Shown piece after piece: positions 28,024-37,827 of a stretch of DNA of 64,000 nucleotides; the first letter of the stretch is position 1; every line of letters starts with the position of its first letter. A program made the position numbers and the translations under genes. Location of the stretch: contig CAADGU010000415.1 of NCBI GenBank assembly GCA_900696625.1, positions 3,875 to 67,874 of the forward strand, read 5' to 3'. Origin of the DNA: an uncultured Chloroflexota bacterium (lineage in GTDB: Bacteria > Chloroflexota > Anaerolineae > Promineifilales > Promineifilaceae). The notes beneath the pieces are model-generated. The model saw only the letters and a program-made list of their open reading frames with translations, did not search any database and was not told where the DNA came from.

Positions 28024-28149
28024 AGGGTCGAGCAGCCTGGTAACGGGCGAAATCAGGGCCGGAAACAACGAAAACAGCGAAGGGCTGGATGAGGGCCGCA
28101 AACACCTGTATCGCTGACCACGAGCAAATTCACAAGGAGATTAGCCGCG

Positions 28150-28746
28150 ATGGCTGGAACAACCACAACCACAGAACAAAACCCGCAGGGGGATCCTGCT
28201 GCCAGCCCAACCGTGACGGATGGGCAGCAAACGACTGAGCAGACAACCGAACAGGCAACCACCCAAACGGCCGATGAAGTGCAGGCCGAATTGGAACGCA
28301 CCCGCGAGGCGCTGAAAAAGGCCAACGCGGAAGCGGCCGAACGCCGACACAAGCTCAAGGAGCTAGAGGATGCGCAGCGAGCGGCCGAACGGGCAGGTAT
28401 GGATGAAAGTGCGCGCCTGGCGGCCGAATTGGAAGACCTGAAGAAGGCAACGGCCGACCGGGAGACATTGGCACAAGAAGCAGAGGCGCTGCGCACGGCC
28501 GTAGCCACGCAGGTGGACGCGCTGCTGAAGGAACTCAATGTGCCCAAGCACATTTTGCCCCTGATGGAGTCCATGTCCCCGGCGCAAAAGCTCACCTACC
28601 TGACGGAAAACCGGGCGCACTTCGCCCGGCCGGCAACCACACCGGCCGACATTGACGCCGCAAACCGGGGGCGCAACACCCAAACCGAGACCGATGAGCA
28701 AAAGGAGGCGCGGCTAAAAAAGCGCTTCCCCAGCCTCAGCCGGTAA
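28150..28746 (+). CDS. Capsid scaffolding protein
   Basis: Acidic N-terminus, ANAEAAERRHKLKE coiled coil; upstream of capsid genes. Confidence 0.75.
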   Translation: MAGTTTTTEQNPQGDPAASPTVTDGQQTTEQTTEQATTQTADEVQAELERTREALKKANAEAAERRHKLKELEDAQRAAERAGMDESARLAAELEDLKKATADRETLAQEAEALRTAVATQVDALLKELNVPKHILPLMESMSPAQKLTYLTENRAHFARPATTPADIDAANRGRNTQTETDEQKEARLKKRFPSLSR

Positions 28747-28778
28747 GCCGGTTTTTATAGTTTTGAGGAGGAATTCTT

Positions 28779-29204
28779 ATGGCAGACATTACCATAACTG
28801 CTGTTGATGTAGACGCTTCCGCGATGGCCGTCATCGAGCGTGGCACACTTGGTGAAGCGGCCGCCGCTGGCGACCTGCTGTATCTGGACGGGGCCAATGG
28901 CTGGAAAAAGGCCGACGCCGACGCCCTGGCCAGCGCCCAGGCCCGCGCCGTCCTGTTGGGATCCGGCGTGTTGGGCACCACGTACCCCAGCGGGGCGCAA
29001 GTTGACCTGGTCTTCTTCGGCCTTATGACCTGGGGCGCGGGCATGACACCCGGCGGCCGGGTCTATGTGTCCACGACGGCCGGCAAGGGCGACCAGACGG
29101 CGCCCGCAGCGGCCGGTGACTATCCGTTTATTGTCGGCTGGGCCTATTCGGCCACCGAACTGTTTGTTGATCCACAATCGGCCGTGCCGGTGGTGAACAG
29201 CTAA
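28779..29204 (+). CDS. Head decoration/cement-like protein
   Basis: AAGDLLYLD...KADAD...TPGGRVYVS..AG pattern; between scaffold and MCP. Confidence 0.6.
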   Translation: MADITITAVDVDASAMAVIERGTLGEAAAAGDLLYLDGANGWKKADADALASAQARAVLLGSGVLGTTYPSGAQVDLVFFGLMTWGAGMTPGGRVYVSTTAGKGDQTAPAAAGDYPFIVGWAYSATELFVDPQSAVPVVNS

Positions 29205-29233
29205 TTCCGGTAATTCCGGGAGGGGATTGAACG

Positions 29234-30343
29234 ATGCCACAACAAACATTAAACCTGAAACATGTTTCCCTGCCCTCCGCCTGGGACGCGGCCGAATTAA
29301 CCCGGCTGCGCCTGGCTGATGGCACGACCTACCAGCAAATGGTGGCCGATATTGACGGCGCGTTAGAGATAGCGGCCAACATGCTGCTGAACAGCTATTA
29401 CGGCCGGCTCATCAGCGTCACCGATGAAGTGGCGGTTGAGTACGATTCCGGCAACGTGCGCGGCTTCGAGCGTGTCACCGAACGCGGCCGGGGCCAGGGC
29501 CGCCGGGGCGATACCAGCGGCCACATGCTGCCCCTGATGGACTTCGACTACAACCTGTACTGGACGCACCTGTGGCTGCGGGATGCCCGCCGGGCGCAGA
29601 TTGACCGCCAGATCAACGGCCTGATCGCCAATGTGGAAAATCTCTTCCAGAAAGAGGCGCTGACCCGCCTGTTCAAAATGGAGGAAGAGACGGGCCATTA
29701 TTACGGCCTGGGCAGCGGCGGTGTGTCTGTGCCCTTCTGTGATGGCGGTGGGGGCACGATTGCCTACACCCCCACCCCCCGGCCGGAGCGCGGCGGCACC
29801 TTCGCCAGTACGCACGATCACTACCTGCGGCTGAATGGCATCACCCAGGCCAACCTGGAGACGGCCGTCCGGCATCTGTGGGAGCACGGCATTGATGGGC
29901 CCTATGACCTGGTGATCTCGCTGGCCGATATTGCCTCCTGGACCAATACGACCAACGTCACCGGGTATGTGGAAAAGCCAGATCCGTCCGTTGTTTACGG
30001 CGCCAACTCCGAACTGGCGCGGGTGGATGACATCTACATCGGCGGCGTGAAAACCGAGTATGGGTTCTGCCGTATGTGGGCCAGCGGCCGTATCCCCACG
30101 ACCTACTGGGGCGTGACCAAAGTGTATGGGCAGAACGACATGCGCAATCCGCTGAAGGCGCGTGTGCCCGCCGGCCAGCAAGCAATCTCGGCCGAACTGA
30201 TCGTGGAGAATGTGGGCAGCTACCCGTTGCAGGGCGCTATCCCGTTCATCCGCTTCGGCGTAGGCGTGGCTGAGATGCGTGAAGCGGCCGTACTGGTGGA
30301 AAACGACTCCAGCGGCGATTACGCCAGCCCCGCCATCAGCTAA
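29234..30343 (+). CDS. Major capsid protein (putative)
   Basis: 369 aa; position in head module; strong SD. Confidence 0.7.
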   Translation: MPQQTLNLKHVSLPSAWDAAELTRLRLADGTTYQQMVADIDGALEIAANMLLNSYYGRLISVTDEVAVEYDSGNVRGFERVTERGRGQGRRGDTSGHMLPLMDFDYNLYWTHLWLRDARRAQIDRQINGLIANVENLFQKEALTRLFKMEEETGHYYGLGSGGVSVPFCDGGGGTIAYTPTPRPERGGTFASTHDHYLRLNGITQANLETAVRHLWEHGIDGPYDLVISLADIASWTNTTNVTGYVEKPDPSVVYGANSELARVDDIYIGGVKTEYGFCRMWASGRIPTTYWGVTKVYGQNDMRNPLKARVPAGQQAISAELIVENVGSYPLQGAIPFIRFGVGVAEMREAAVLVENDSSGDYASPAIS

Positions 30344-30350
30344 TTGACCT

Positions 30351-30382
30351 AGAGGACACGGCCGTATACGGCCGTGTCCTCT
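30351..30382. repeat. Perfect 32-bp palindrome after MCP
   Basis: AGAGGACACGGCCGTA|TACGGCCGTGTCCTCT. Confidence 0.85.
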
Positions 30383-30383
30383 T

Positions 30384-30917
30384 GTGGAGAATCTTATGGA
30401 CGAATTACGACCCGGCCAGGCCATCACCACGCCTATGGGCAGCATGATTGTCACGGCCGTGGGCCTGCCCAACAGCTGCACCGGCTGTGGCCAGCCACAG
30501 ATTGGCTTCTGGCTGGCCCGCCACCAGGACGAAGCCCGCAGCGGCGGCGGCCGTTGCCCCACGTGCGCCGGATTGGTGACAGAAACAGCTTCCCAGGAAG
30601 AGACGGCTGACACCAATGACACGGCCGATGACCCCACCGGCAATGGCGACGGCTCAAACGAAGAGCCGGAAATGGTGACAGCCGGCGCAAGCCAGGCTGA
30701 GGGCGCTGACACCAATGATGACACGGCCGTGCCTAACGATCTGACCATCATCAAGGGTATTGGTCCGGCGCGCCGGGACGAGTTGGCCCAACTGGGCATC
30801 ACCACGTTCACGGCGCTGGCTGCGGCCGATATAGCGTTCCTGGACACGGCCCTTGAGGTCAACCGGGCGCAGATCGCCGACTGGATAAGCCAGGCGGCGC
30901 AACTGGCGGCGCAATAA
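30384..30917 (+). CDS. Protein with CxxC..CxxC and helix-hairpin-helix domain
   Basis: CTGC, CPTC; DLTIIKGIGPARRDELAQLGITT. Confidence 0.65.
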   Translation: MENLMDELRPGQAITTPMGSMIVTAVGLPNSCTGCGQPQIGFWLARHQDEARSGGGRCPTCAGLVTETASQEETADTNDTADDPTGNGDGSNEEPEMVTAGASQAEGADTNDDTAVPNDLTIIKGIGPARRDELAQLGITTFTALAAADIAFLDTALEVNRAQIADWISQAAQLAAQ

Positions 30918-31294
30918 TGGCTTTCACCTACGACCTCTCGGCCGACGGCGATGTGCTGGTCATCAGCAAAATACGGCTGCAAATTGGCGATACCAAAGAG
31001 GGCAGCGGCCCCCGGCCGGATGGCAGCAATTTTAGCGATGAGGAGCTGCTGGAATTGCACAGTGATGAAGGCGCGCACGTGAAGCGGGCGGCGGCCGCAG
31101 CGCTAGAGGTTCTGGCTAACGAGTGGTCGGCCCACGCCGGTAATCACAAGCTGGGACCGGAGAGTGAGACATTCTTGCAAGCGGCCGAATATCGCCTGCA
31201 AGCCCAGAGGCTGCGTGACCGTTACGGTCACGGCGACGGCCAGGCAACGGCCGTCGCCTTCAGTATTGCTGTGAAACCGGCCGGGAAAACATGA
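30917..31294 (+). CDS. Head-tail adaptor (putative)
   Basis: IRLQIGDT...FSDEEL...AAAAALE. Confidence 0.65.
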   Translation: MAFTYDLSADGDVLVISKIRLQIGDTKEGSGPRPDGSNFSDEELLELHSDEGAHVKRAAAAALEVLANEWSAHAGNHKLGPESETFLQAAEYRLQAQRLRDRYGHGDGQATAVAFSIAVKPAGKT

Positions 31295-31650
31295 TGGACA
31301 GACAGAACGATCAGACCGGACAAATGGGGCAAAACGCGCCGGACGTGGTGCGCATTGGCTTTCTGGATTACACGGTGCAGCGCGTGGCCGGGCTGTTCGC
31401 CGCCGATGCTGACGGCCGCTACGCCCGCTATCACGGCCGCGTTCACTTCGGTGAGCAACTCATCGAAATTGAGCGCGACGCCTCACCAGAACGCCAATGG
31501 GCAACGTTGTGGCATGAGATTACCCACGTGCTGCTGGAGCAAGCCGGCATCGAAGAGCAGGCGGGGCAAGAGCAGATTGTGACCGTCCTGGGCTATGGCA
31601 TTCCGGCCGTGCTGCAAGCCAACCCCTGGCTCGGAGCGCCGTCACGATGA
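31291..31650 (+). CDS. HExxH zincin-like (ImmA/IrrE-like) phage protein
   Basis: GRVHF...IEI...ATLWHEITHVL. Confidence 0.65.
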   Translation: MMDRQNDQTGQMGQNAPDVVRIGFLDYTVQRVAGLFAADADGRYARYHGRVHFGEQLIEIERDASPERQWATLWHEITHVLLEQAGIEEQAGQEQIVTVLGYGIPAVLQANPWLGAPSR

Positions 31651-31985
31651 CCACCAAACCGAGCCGCCGCCGCCGCTATCACAACATGGCAACCATCACC
31701 CGCATCCCGGCCGGGAATGACCCAGAGGCGCGGGAGGTGGTGGTGGCCAATGTGCCCTGCACGGCCGTGCATGAGCTTGACCAGGAACAAAAGGAGCGGG
31801 CCGGGATGGGCACGGTCAAGGTCGGGCGACTGGTTTTCTGCCCGTCTCCAGGTGTGACCATCGAAAAGCGGATGCGCTTTACGTTGGTCGGCAGCCAGAA
31901 GGAATACGCCATTCACCGGGTGGCCGGGCATCCGGCCGACGCGCCGGCATTCCTGGCATTGTACCTGGAGGATGAATCGCCGTGA
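31647..31985 (+). CDS. Head closure protein (putative)
   Basis: Size, beta-rich composition, gene order. Confidence 0.45.
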   Translation: MTTKPSRRRRYHNMATITRIPAGNDPEAREVVVANVPCTAVHELDQEQKERAGMGTVKVGRLVFCPSPGVTIEKRMRFTLVGSQKEYAIHRVAGHPADAPAFLALYLEDESP

Positions 31986-32395
31986 TTAGTGTGCAGGTTG
32001 ACCCCAAAAGCATGGCCGCCCTCTGGGATTTGCAGCAGCGCAACACGCAGGCGCTGAAGGCGATTACCCCCGGCGAGAGTGGCTATGATGACCTGATTGC
32101 CGACGCCACACTGAAGCTGCGGGATGCGGCCGTCCAGGAAGCGCCACGTCTGACAGGGTCACTGAAAAGCGCCCACCGGGGCATTCTGGCGGCGGCCGGG
32201 ACGGGGCAGGTTTTCGTAGATCCGGCCGTGCGCAACCCAATATACGGCGGGCAGCCATCGGTCTACGGGCAGATTGTGCATCAGCGCAAACCCTGGCTGG
32301 CGCGAACGCTGCACCTGCACGGTACGCGCATCCTGAGTGAAGTGGGCGTCAAGCTGTTCAGGCGGCTCGACGATATTTACAAGGGGGCAGTGTGA
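31982..32395 (+). CDS. HK97 gp10-like neck protein
   Basis: APRLTGSLKS motif; gene order. Confidence 0.6.
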   Translation: MISVQVDPKSMAALWDLQQRNTQALKAITPGESGYDDLIADATLKLRDAAVQEAPRLTGSLKSAHRGILAAAGTGQVFVDPAVRNPIYGGQPSVYGQIVHQRKPWLARTLHLHGTRILSEVGVKLFRRLDDIYKGAV

Positions 32396-32811
32396 CGGCG
32401 ACGATTAACCAATGTCTGAACCAACTGGCGGCCGATTTAACGACCGCTCTGACCCCAGACACGGCCGATAAGGTGTATGGCTTCCGGGTGCTGCCCAACA
32501 AGCTGCAAACGGCCGTGTCCCTGACCTACATTGGTGGACTGCCCCAGGCGGCCGTGACCGGCGGGCATGGGGCGCATTACGATTTTGCGGCCGTGTTGGT
32601 GGCTCAGCATGACAATACGGAGGCCGGGCTGCTGGCGGCCGAGGAAACGCTGAATGCGGTGGAAAACATTCTCTTTCACACCCTGGCCGGCAGCCGCAAC
32701 ACGCTATGGCGTAAGGTGGAATTTCTGCGGCCGAGTGTGCGGCCGCCAACGCCGGAAGAACTGATCGGCGCCCGGTATGGCGAGGTGTACTTCCGGCTGC
32801 ACTTGAAGTGA
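32392..32811 (+). CDS. Tail terminator (putative)
   Basis: Gene order and size. Confidence 0.5.
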   Translation: MTATINQCLNQLAADLTTALTPDTADKVYGFRVLPNKLQTAVSLTYIGGLPQAAVTGGHGAHYDFAAVLVAQHDNTEAGLLAAEETLNAVENILFHTLAGSRNTLWRKVEFLRPSVRPPTPEELIGARYGEVYFRLHLK

Positions 32812-32818
32812 GGTAACG

Positions 32819-33148
32819 ATGGCCACATTGGCAATCCAGACAATTAGCAAGGCAGGTATTGTGCCCTCGTTGGGCGCGGCCGCCGGTGGCGGCGATGAGT
32901 TCGCCAACGATGGCGAAACGTTCCTGTGGGTCAACAATGGCGGCGGTGGCAACATCACCGTCACGCTGGTAACACAGGCCACTGTGGACGGCCTGGCTGT
33001 GGCCGACCGCACGGTCACAGTTAATGCCGGGCAGCAAAAATTTATCGGCGACCTGGAGAAGGCTATTTACAACGACACCAACGGCCGGGTACAGGTGACG
33101 TATTCTGGCGTGACCAGCGTCACCGTAGGCGCGTTCCGCGCCAGTTAG
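32819..33148 (+). CDS. Virion structural protein (putative)
   Basis: GDEFANDG..L.VNNGGG...RTVTV..G...Y...VTVG; SD GAGG. Confidence 0.55.
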   Translation: MATLAIQTISKAGIVPSLGAAAGGGDEFANDGETFLWVNNGGGGNITVTLVTQATVDGLAVADRTVTVNAGQQKFIGDLEKAIYNDTNGRVQVTYSGVTSVTVGAFRAS

Positions 33149-33159
33149 TGAGGTGACTG

Positions 33160-33504
33160 ATGGCCAAAACCAAAATCCTGCCCCTACAAGAGCAGCTGCA
33201 CCGCATAATGCGGCCGATTAGCTACGGCAACCCGGCCAGCCCGCATTACGAACAGATTGTGACGCCGGCCGACGGCCTCTTCCTGGATTTCCCCCACCTG
33301 GACGACACAGACATTCTGCTGCTGCGCCGAATGAAGGCGATCTGCCCAGCAACGGAGGCGGAAATCGAACAGTCGGAGGCAGATCGGGCCGCGGCCGCGG
33401 CTATGGCTGAAGCGGAAACAGAAACGGCCGCCAACGGCCGGGCCGCCCAGAAGAGAGCCGCAAATCAAAAAATAGAGGTGAATCATGGCAAAAACAGAAA
33501 ATAG
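33160..33504 (+). CDS. Hypothetical phage protein
   Basis: GAGGTG SD; operon position. Confidence 0.55.
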   Translation: MAKTKILPLQEQLHRIMRPISYGNPASPHYEQIVTPADGLFLDFPHLDDTDILLLRRMKAICPATEAEIEQSEADRAAAAAMAEAETETAANGRAAQKRAANQKIEVNHGKNRK

Positions 33505-34009
33505 CTACGTGTCAGACCTGGGTGAGGTAAAAGTCACCATTTCAGCGGCCAACGTGACCGCGGTTCCAGCCTTCGCCACGGCCGAAACCATCACGATTGA
33601 TGGCGCCGTGCGCTCTTTTCGGCGCACCAACAACCCGCAGCGGTCGGTAGCCAACACCCGCGTCACCGGCGACCTGAACCCCATTGTGACTCGCGGAAAT
33701 AGCAAGGTTGAGGGCGAAACCTGGGAGCTGGTGCTGGTGGATGATTACTACAAGGGCGCCGCCGGCGAATGGGGCACAGATGACCTGTCGGCCGTGGAAA
33801 TCTTTGTGGAATTGGACAAGGCCAACCAGGACCCAGGTGGCCTCAAATGCACCCCGGCCGGGGGCGCGGCCGGTGAGATTGAAATCACGCTGGTGAACCC
33901 GAAATTGCTTGGGGTGAGCGCGCCAGAAATTAACGCCGACGCCACCACGCCGAACGAAGTGACGGTGTTCCTGGCGGCCGACAGCCATACAGAAGCTGTC
34001 CACGCATAA
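33485..34009 (+). CDS. Major tail (tube) protein (putative)
   Basis: Directly precedes TAC pair and tape measure. Confidence 0.6.
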   Translation: MAKTENSYVSDLGEVKVTISAANVTAVPAFATAETITIDGAVRSFRRTNNPQRSVANTRVTGDLNPIVTRGNSKVEGETWELVLVDDYYKGAAGEWGTDDLSAVEIFVELDKANQDPGGLKCTPAGGAAGEIEITLVNPKLLGVSAPEINADATTPNEVTVFLAADSHTEAVHA

Positions 34010-34010
34010 A

Positions 34011-34061
34011 CAACAAATTGGCGCGACAGGCATCCAATCGGCCTGTCGCGCCAATTTGTTG
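34011..34061. repeat. 20-bp-arm inverted repeat (REP-like / mRNA stabiliser)
   Basis: CAACAAATTGGCGCGACAGG-11 nt-CCTGTCGCGCCAATTTGTTG. Confidence 0.8.
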
Positions 34062-34075
34062 CCCAATCAATCACT

Positions 34076-34477
34076 ATGGCGACAAAAAAACCAAATTTCG
34101 AGATTGTTCACGGACAGCAGGCGATGCGCATTGCCTCGCCGCTGGTGAATTGGCCGGGGCACATTTACATGCCGCGCAGCCTGAGCGCCGAGCAGTACGG
34201 CCATTGGTGGGAGAAATACCAGACCAATGGCGGCGACAAACGGCCGGAGCTCCCCCACGCGGCGGCCATCGAGCGCATGTACAAGGAGCGCTGCCACATC
34301 GTTCTGGAGTCGGGCATTGAGGGGATCGTCTTCGACGAGGCTATGCCCTACCTGGCGCTGATGAACCTGGTGGTGGCCGCCACGCAGCCGCTGATTGTGG
34401 AGGCGCGTTTCCTCCCAAACTTGCCCGGCTGGTGGAGCAGCACTGCGACTGGCGAAGCGGCGGGCGAAACGGCGTAG
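34076..34477 (+). CDS. Tail assembly chaperone (gpG-like)
   Basis: Position; in-frame slippery heptamer C CCA AAC at 34414-34420. Confidence 0.7.
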   Translation: MATKKPNFEIVHGQQAMRIASPLVNWPGHIYMPRSLSAEQYGHWWEKYQTNGGDKRPELPHAAAIERMYKERCHIVLESGIEGIVFDEAMPYLALMNLVVAATQPLIVEARFLPNLPGWWSSTATGEAAGETA

Positions 34478-34752
34478 AGCCGCCGCTGCCCTGGGCCTGG
34501 CACATGGCCCAGTGGTGTTACGACCCGACAGCCAGCGCCCTCACCGGCCGTATCCAACTCCGCCTGCCCTATCCGCAGCCGAACTGGCGGGAGGAGCGGG
34601 TCTGGAATGCGTTTTTACTGCACGCCATGCACCATACACTGACGGCCGAGGCCGTCTTTAGCCGGCCGCCGGACCAATGGAGCACGGCCGACAAGCAGTT
34701 TGTCAAGGACATGATTCGGGGATTGGGCAGCCACCATGACGACGAGATATGA
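34414..34752 (+). CDS. Tail assembly chaperone -1 frameshift extension (gpT-like)
   Basis: -1 frame is open from the slippery site to 34752, overlapping the tape measure start. Confidence 0.65.
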   Translation, partial: PKLARLVEQHCDWRSGGRNGVEPPLPWAWHMAQWCYDPTASALTGRIQLRLPYPQPNWREERVWNAFLLHAMHHTLTAEAVFSRPPDQWSTADKQFVKDMIRGLGSHHDDEI

Positions 34753-37396
34753 CCTGGAAATCCTCATCCGCACCAAAAAAGAGGGAGATGGCATCCCCAA
34801 GGTGGAGAATGAGGTCAAGGGCCTGGGCGACACCCTGGGCAAGCTGGCGAAATTCGGCCTGGTGGCCGGCGCCGGTAAATTCCTGCTAGACATCGGCCGG
34901 GACGCCATCACGACTGCATCTGACATCCAGGAGATGCAGTCTATGTTTGACCAGGTCTTTGGCCCTCATGCCGGCAGTGTCACCAACCAACTGAAAGAAT
35001 TTGGCGATACGGCCAATCGCTCGATTTACGACCTGCAGGGGTTTGCGGCCGGATTTCAGGATACATTTGTGCCTCTGGGGTTCGCCCGCGAGCGGGCGGC
35101 CGAGCTATCAGTCGAACTCACCAAACTGACCGAAGACCTGGCCAGCTTCAAAAACATAGACGCAGGCGAAGCGGCCGAAAAGCTCAGCAGTGGGTTGGTG
35201 GGCAACCACGAGGCGCTGCGGTCATTTGGCATCGTCATCACGGAGACGGTGCTGAAGGCGGAGCTGGCCGCCAATGGGTGGGACAAGCTCTCCGGAGCAG
35301 CGCTGGAACAGGCAAAGGTGCAGGCCAGGCTGAACATTATCATGCGCTCCACCACGGACGCGCAGGGAGACGCCATCCGCACGGCCGACAGCTACGCCAA
35401 CCAGGTGCGCGGCCTGGAGGCAGCCCAAAAAGAACTGTATGCCACGATAGGCACGCTGCTGCTGCCGGTGGCTACGGATGTGGTTTCGGTCATGGCCGAG
35501 GGGGCGCGGGTAATCGCCAATGACATGACGCCCTCGGTGCAGGCGCTGACCGGCGAATATGGCACGGCCGTTGAGCAGATGATCCAGTCCAACCTGGAAC
35601 TGGCCACATCACAAGAGGAAGTGGTTGCGCAGACGCTGAAGATGGCGAATTCGCTAGAGATAGCCAGTCACGGTTGGGGATTGCTCACCGGCACGGCCGA
35701 TGACATCGAGGCCTCATTGCAGCAGGTTGTGGCTGGCTTTGTAGACACATCCAGGGCCGGGAACACCGTGGCCAGCCAGAACCGGGCCGTCTTTGAATCG
35801 CTGCAAGCAGTCTATGGCGAAGCGGTCACAATGGAGCGAGGTTACATCAAGCTGAATGGTGTAACAGTTGACTATGCTGGCAATCTGTTCGACCTTGCGC
35901 TGCAACTGCAACTTGAAGCTGATGCAGCCGAAGCTGCCAGCTTTGACAATCATCAAATGAACCGGACGATGGAGCAGTCGGCCGAAGCAGCCAAACAAGC
36001 CGTAGCGGCCATACGGCCGTACCACCAGGCGATGGCCGAAGCCCGCGGGCCGAACGAAGACCTGGCGGACAAACAAGCCCAACTGGCCAACCGCATCACC
36101 GAAACAGAAGCGGCTATCCGCGCCGCTAATGCCGCCAACCAGGCGTTCGTGGAGGGATTGCGCGCACAGGAGGAAGCGGCGATAGCCGCCAACGCTGCCC
36201 TGGTGGGCGCCTTCCAGCACAAGGACACGGCCGATGCCATTCAATCGCTGCTGGCGGGCCAGGACGCGCTGGCCGCCTCTCAAGGTGAATGGGTGACGGC
36301 CGTGCGTGACAGCAGCGGCCAGGTAGCGGACATCAACAGCCAACTGGCGGCCGACCTCTCCAGCGAGCAAAAACGGGCGTATGAGGACATCCTGAACACA
36401 GTGGCCGAGGGGTCGGCCGAGTGGCTGGCCGCGTACCAGGCATTGCAGGGCGACCTGACCGACAGCCAGCGGGCGGAACTGGTGGCGCAGCGGGCGGAGT
36501 TGGAAGCGGCCGGGGAGCAGATTGTCAACGTCTACACCGGGGACGCGGCTGCGGCCAAAGAAGCCCAGGAGCAAATCGAGGCCGCCAACGCCGCCCTAAT
36601 TGAATCGTATCGCAACCTGGCTGTGGAGGGGTCGCTGGCCCTGGCCGAATTGTCACCTGACCCGACGGCCGTACAACGCACCTTAGATTACGCGGTGGCC
36701 ATTGGCGCCATGACCCAGGCGGAGGCAGATATGCGCCTGGAAGCCGCCAACACCCGTCTGGCAATCGAAGACCTGAATGCGATGGTGGTGCAAAACGGCC
36801 TGGACGCGGCCATCGCCGGCGAGGCATTCCGGCTGTTGACAGAGGGGGAGGCGCGCACGGCCGAGGAGGCTGTGGTGGCGGCCGAGCAGCTGGTGAAAAT
36901 GAATGAGGAACTGGACCGTATTCCTGGCAGCTATGAGGCGGAGATTGCGGCTGATACCGATGACGCTATGGCCAAGCTGGATTCGGCCAAGAATGCACTC
37001 GACGAGATCAACGGCCGTACTGTCCGCGCCTACGTGGAAATCGAGGAGCGCATTCAATCAAGCCAACAAGACCAATCCGTTGTCGGCAGCGGCGGAAATG
37101 GCGGCGGCGGCCGGGCAGGGGGCGGGCCGGTATCGGCCGGGCGGACTTACCGCGTGGGTGAGGGCAACCGGCCGGAGTTGCTGTCTACGGACAATGGCCT
37201 CTTCATGATCCCCGGCGACAACGGCCGTGTCTTCAGCAACCAGGAGTCGCAGTCATTGCTCGGCAACAACGCGGCCGGACCGACAAATTTATCTATCACT
37301 GTCAATGTAGAGACCGTTGGTGACCCAGATCGGGTCGGCAACCTGGTGGCGCGCGGCGTCATGGATGCGGCGCGGCAATTGGGATTGGCAACATGA
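34736..37396 (+). CDS. Tape measure protein
   Basis: 886-aa Ala-rich helical; ASDIQE..F..VFG, DLASFKN, RAGGGPV..Y.VGE..PEL. Confidence 0.9.
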   Translation: MTTRYDLEILIRTKKEGDGIPKVENEVKGLGDTLGKLAKFGLVAGAGKFLLDIGRDAITTASDIQEMQSMFDQVFGPHAGSVTNQLKEFGDTANRSIYDLQGFAAGFQDTFVPLGFARERAAELSVELTKLTEDLASFKNIDAGEAAEKLSSGLVGNHEALRSFGIVITETVLKAELAANGWDKLSGAALEQAKVQARLNIIMRSTTDAQGDAIRTADSYANQVRGLEAAQKELYATIGTLLLPVATDVVSVMAEGARVIANDMTPSVQALTGEYGTAVEQMIQSNLELATSQEEVVAQTLKMANSLEIASHGWGLLTGTADDIEASLQQVVAGFVDTSRAGNTVASQNRAVFESLQAVYGEAVTMERGYIKLNGVTVDYAGNLFDLALQLQLEADAAEAASFDNHQMNRTMEQSAEAAKQAVAAIRPYHQAMAEARGPNEDLADKQAQLANRITETEAAIRAANAANQAFVEGLRAQEEAAIAANAALVGAFQHKDTADAIQSLLAGQDALAASQGEWVTAVRDSSGQVADINSQLAADLSSEQKRAYEDILNTVAEGSAEWLAAYQALQGDLTDSQRAELVAQRAELEAAGEQIVNVYTGDAAAAKEAQEQIEAANAALIESYRNLAVEGSLALAELSPDPTAVQRTLDYAVAIGAMTQAEADMRLEAANTRLAIEDLNAMVVQNGLDAAIAGEAFRLLTEGEARTAEEAVVAAEQLVKMNEELDRIPGSYEAEIAADTDDAMAKLDSAKNALDEINGRTVRAYVEIEERIQSSQQDQSVVGSGGNGGGGRAGGGPVSAGRTYRVGEGNRPELLSTDNGLFMIPGDNGRVFSNQESQSLLGNNAAGPTNLSITVNVETVGDPDRVGNLVARGVMDAARQLGLAT

Positions 37397-37818
37397 GCAG
37401 CATTATCTATCCCTCTTCTTTTGCCAGTTCCCCTGCCCTGACGTTGCACAATGGCACCACGCATAAGGCAGCGGCTATTGTGCCCCGTTCGGCCGTGGCC
37501 CAACTGGATTACATCGTGCTGCCCAATAAGGTGCTCTACGACCCTAACGGCAGCGGCCAGGCAGCACGGCTGCCCGACGTGGTTGTGGCGCGGGTGGTGG
37601 TGCAACTTACTACTAAAGCGGCCGTTGTCGCCGAATTTGAGGCGATGTGTAATCAGGTGGGGGTGAAAGCCACCCTCACGGCGACAAAGATAAGCGGAGG
37701 CACAGTCACCTGCGCCGCCCGGCTGGAGCAGGTGGAAAACGTGTCGCCATTTTTGTTGGAGATAGACCGGCAAATGGAAGTGCAATTAACCTTCCGGCCG
37801 CTAACCAATTGGGCGTAG
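37393..37818 (+). CDS. Distal tail protein (putative)
   Basis: Coupled downstream of TMP. Confidence 0.5.
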   Translation: MSSIIYPSSFASSPALTLHNGTTHKAAAIVPRSAVAQLDYIVLPNKVLYDPNGSGQAARLPDVVVARVVVQLTTKAAVVAEFEAMCNQVGVKATLTATKISGGTVTCAARLEQVENVSPFLLEIDRQMEVQLTFRPLTNWA

Positions 37819-37827
37819 GGGCTTAAA

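Noticed and set aside
28024..28120. Hammerhead ribozyme or c-di-GMP riboswitch
   Set aside because: A stem followed by GAAA is present, but the CUGANGA core and the GEMM architecture do not match
29363..31078. 571-aa minus-strand ORF
   Set aside because: Antisense shadow of capsid-module genes in GC-rich DNA; no motifs
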